From an uncultured bacterium (GTDB lineage Bacteria; Acidobacteriota; Thermoanaerobaculia; Multivoradales; JAHZIX01), in contig CBDUPA010000023.1 in assembly GCA_965368975.1 (NCBI GenBank), forward strand, positions 1 through 64,000: a DNA stretch of 64,000 nucleotides, given 5' to 3'. The stretch's first letter is position 1, and each line of letters begins with the position of its first letter. Position numbers and translations under genes: made by a program. Positions 61,795-64,000 of the stretch are shown in pieces. The notes below the pieces were generated by a model, which searched no databases, was not told the DNA's origin, and saw nothing but the letters and a program-made list of their open reading frames with translations.

Positions 61795-62073
61795 CTAGGT
61801 CCCCGCCTCGAAGTCGTCCGTAAAGATCGACGCCGACCCTCCCGGCTCGAAACGCAGGTAATAGACTTCCTGCTCGCTGTTGAATGTCGACGCAGACTCC
61901 AAGTGCGCAGCGTCGTTGAAGGAGACGATGTCGTAGTAGTCGCCGATCTTTGTCCTGATTGCGGAATCCGAGGTGCGGATCCCTAGGCGGGGGGGCAGGG
62001 GTCGTTGGCCGACCTGCCCGATCTCGATTGGCTCTTCGAAGTTCGCGCCGGCGGCGGTGGAGCGGTTGAACAT
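61795..62073 (-). pseudogene. C-terminal remnant of a secreted beta-propeller protein
   Basis: KIGDYYDIVS..AHL..TFNSEQEVYY plus terminal IFTDDFEAG sorting-like motif; no signal peptide or N-terminal part. Confidence 0.5.
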
Positions 62074-62159
62074 GGCCGGTGAGCAGCAGCCGATGGAGTT
62101 GGGATCACGCGTGGAGGCGTGAGTGTCGGGTTTGGGGCGGTTGTAGCGGTGAAACCGAG

Positions 62160-62570
62160 TCAGCTCTCCCAGGGATTGATTACTTCGACTCCACAGTGCC
62201 GAAACCCACCCTCATCCCGCGTAGCGATTCCCGCACTATGGACGCGTGCAATAGCCGCGATCTGGCAGTCGACGGTTCCAATCGGTTCTCCCGACTTGCG
62301 ACGATCTGCTGCCAACACGGAATACATCTCCGCAGCCTGCTCACCGAAGGGTAAGACGTGCAGTCTGCTCTGAAAGTGAGCGAAGCGTTCAGCCAGCTGA
62401 GTCCGTCTCTTGCCTTGAGGCAGGATTCGAATACCGAATAGAACTTCGGCAACTCCTGGTGCGGCTAATGCCACTGCGGATTCCCGGACTTCTTGCATCC
62501 AGGCGACGACAGCTGGATCTGGTCGACTCTTCATCAACTCCGAGACGACATTGGTATCAAGGATGATCAC
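62160..62570 (-). CDS. vapC: PIN-domain toxin (FitB/VapC)
   Basis: IILDTNVVSELMK, DCQIAAIA, ATRD, INPW. Confidence 0.92.
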   Translation of the reverse strand: MIILDTNVVSELMKSRPDPAVVAWMQEVRESAVALAAPGVAEVLFGIRILPQGKRRTQLAERFAHFQSRLHVLPFGEQAAEMYSVLAADRRKSGEPIGTVDCQIAAIARVHSAGIATRDEGGFRHCGVEVINPWES

Positions 62571-62576
62571 CGTAGC

Positions 62577-62831
62577 TCAATCCTCGAAATCCGGCGGCTC
62601 GCGCATGGGCTCTCGAGCGGGAAGATAAGGCGCCAAGTCGAAGCCGTGCGCAGGGCCGAAGCACTCCATTGCCAGGTCTGCCAGGGACCTACCGGAAGCT
62701 TCCTCCTCTGTGAGAGCCGAACGCAAGATCGCCCGCGCTTCAGCTTCCATGGAGCGTCCATGCTCGGCCGCGCGACTGCGCAAGCGCAGTTTGAGGCTGT
62801 CTTCTAGGTTTCGAACGATCAGGCTGGCCAT
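62577..62831 (-). CDS. Ribbon-helix-helix antitoxin (FitA-like)
   Basis: MASLIVRNLEDSLKLRLRSRAAEHGRSMEAEARAIL. Confidence 0.9.
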   Translation of the reverse strand: MASLIVRNLEDSLKLRLRSRAAEHGRSMEAEARAILRSALTEEEASGRSLADLAMECFGPAHGFDLAPYLPAREPMREPPDFED

Positions 62832-62903
62832 AGTGCCTCCAGGTTCAAGTTCAGCTCGATGATATCAGTGATAGCGCTTCATGGCTGCCCTGGTGTGTCG
62901 ACA

Positions 62904-64000
62904 CTACTTCGTGAGTCGACGCTGCAGGCTGGCGGCAGCGGCCACGTCCGGTGGTTGGTAGAGCAGGTCGCCGCGGGCGCCGCGGTTGGACAGCTCGGCG
63001 GCGTTGGCTTCGTCGGTGTCTATGTGCATCTCCAGCACATAGCTGTCCTTGACCCGGATCAGCACGTCGCCGAAAGTCAGGTCCCTATCGCCTCCTTCAA
63101 TGGCGACCTCCACCTGGTCGCCGTTCTCGACGCCATAGGCTTCGGCGTCTTTCTGGGTCATGTGGATGTGGCGCCAGGCGCAGATCAGGCCCTCGTCCAA
63201 GTGCAGCGTGCCGGCGGGACCGACCAAGGTGATCGGCGCCGAACCTCGGATGTTGCCCGACGCTCGAATCGGCGCGTCGACCCCCAGCGCAAACTCGTCG
63301 GTTCGGGAAATCTCGACCTGGGTTGCCTTGCGCAACGGCCCGAGCACGCGAACGCCTTCGATACGTCCTCGCGGCCCCACCAGAGTGACGGTTTCGTGGG
63401 CGGCGAACTGACCGGGTTGCGACAGGTTGCGGTAGACCGTGAGCTCGCTTCCCGCGCCGAAGAGAGCGTCCATCGAGGCCCGGTCGAGATGCGTGTGACG
63501 ACCACTGATGGCGATCGGAATCGGTCCGGGTGAGCGGACTTCCGTCTCGCCCTGCACCACCCGGGCGGTCTGGCGAGCGGTCATCAACTCCTCGTTGGTC
63601 TTGACCACCAGGGTCCGGACCAGTGCCCGGCCGGCACTGATGTCGACCACCGGAGCATCGGCACGGAGCTTCACGTCCTGGTTGCGGTCGTCGTCGAGTC
63701 GGACGCCCAGGAAGTCGAGCTGCTGGAGGATGCGGTGGCGCATCTGAGCGCTGTTCTCACCGATGCCGCCGGCCAGAACGATGCCGTCGACACCGCCCAT
63801 GGCGGCCGCGTAGGCGCCGATGTAGCGGCGCACGGCGTGGGCATAGACGGTGATGGCGAGACGAGCACGGTCGTTGCCGGCCGCCGCTTGCGCTTCGATA
63901 TCCCGCAGGTCGTTGCCCAGACCACTCAGGCCAGCCAGGCCGCTCTCGTGATTGAGCAGGCGATCCGTTTCGTCGACGCCGAACTCGCGGACCAGTTGCA
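62904..64000 (-). CDS. ackA: Acetate/propionate kinase–PduL phosphotransacylase fusion (5' end outside window)
   Basis: LNHESGLAGLSG, GGIGENS and KTNEELM (AckA) run in frame into ISGRHTHL, LSQPGQFA, RHIHM and EMHIDTDEANA (PduL). Confidence 0.88.
   Translation of the reverse strand, partial: QLVREFGVDETDRLLNHESGLAGLSGLGNDLRDIEAQAAAGNDRARLAITVYAHAVRRYIGAYAAAMGGVDGIVLAGGIGENSAQMRHRILQQLDFLGVRLDDDRNQDVKLRADAPVVDISAGRALVRTLVVKTNEELMTARQTARVVQGETEVRSPGPIPIAISGRHTHLDRASMDALFGAGSELTVYRNLSQPGQFAAHETVTLVGPRGRIEGVRVLGPLRKATQVEISRTDEFALGVDAPIRASGNIRGSAPITLVGPAGTLHLDEGLICAWRHIHMTQKDAEAYGVENGDQVEVAIEGGDRDLTFGDVLIRVKDSYVLEMHIDTDEANAAELSNRGARGDLLYQPPDVAAAASLQRRLTK

Noticed and set aside
60494-62831. Prophage or IS element
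   Set aside because: No integrase, transposase, structural phage genes, tRNA or terminal repeats were seen.

Overview
High-GC bacterial window, most likely Acidobacteriota (Thermoanaerobaculia-like). That assignment is inferred from an ADOP-type orphan permease, a TonB protein, an IFxDxFE C-terminal motif and the TPR/CHAT family types. The left part holds a PhoB/PhoR-like two-component system, an SDR–DUF2505–WS/DGAT lipid operon, an EAL protein, a GH113-like lipoprotein, ald plus a CoA-transferase, an ExeM-like nuclease and an ATP-grasp enzyme. The centre is a minus-strand run of about 29 kb: two NRPSs with no thioesterase (4+2 C-A-T modules), then an exported PDZ-TPR-CHAT protease, an ECF sigma factor, a double zf-HC2 anti-sigma, a membrane-tethered LytTR regulator and a secreted protein. 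A CSαβ defensin-like prepropeptide lies on the opposite strand between the CHAT and ECF genes. Two other small peptide genes stand out: a secreted precursor with 4 exact RSAMIDPNG repeats facing a zinc-knuckle/TPR protein (RRNPP-like signalling candidate), and an orphan double-Gly lanthipeptide-like precursor with 7 Cys. The right end has a uppS-like prenyltransferase, TonB, a B3/4 protein, a DUF2868/DUF3482 GTPase pair, a low-GC two-gene islet, a gene remnant, a FitAB/VapBC toxin-antitoxin pair and a partial ackA-pduL fusion. Short tandem duplications with a 15-bp unit recur across the window. All family calls come from motif recognition by eye; no database searches were run.
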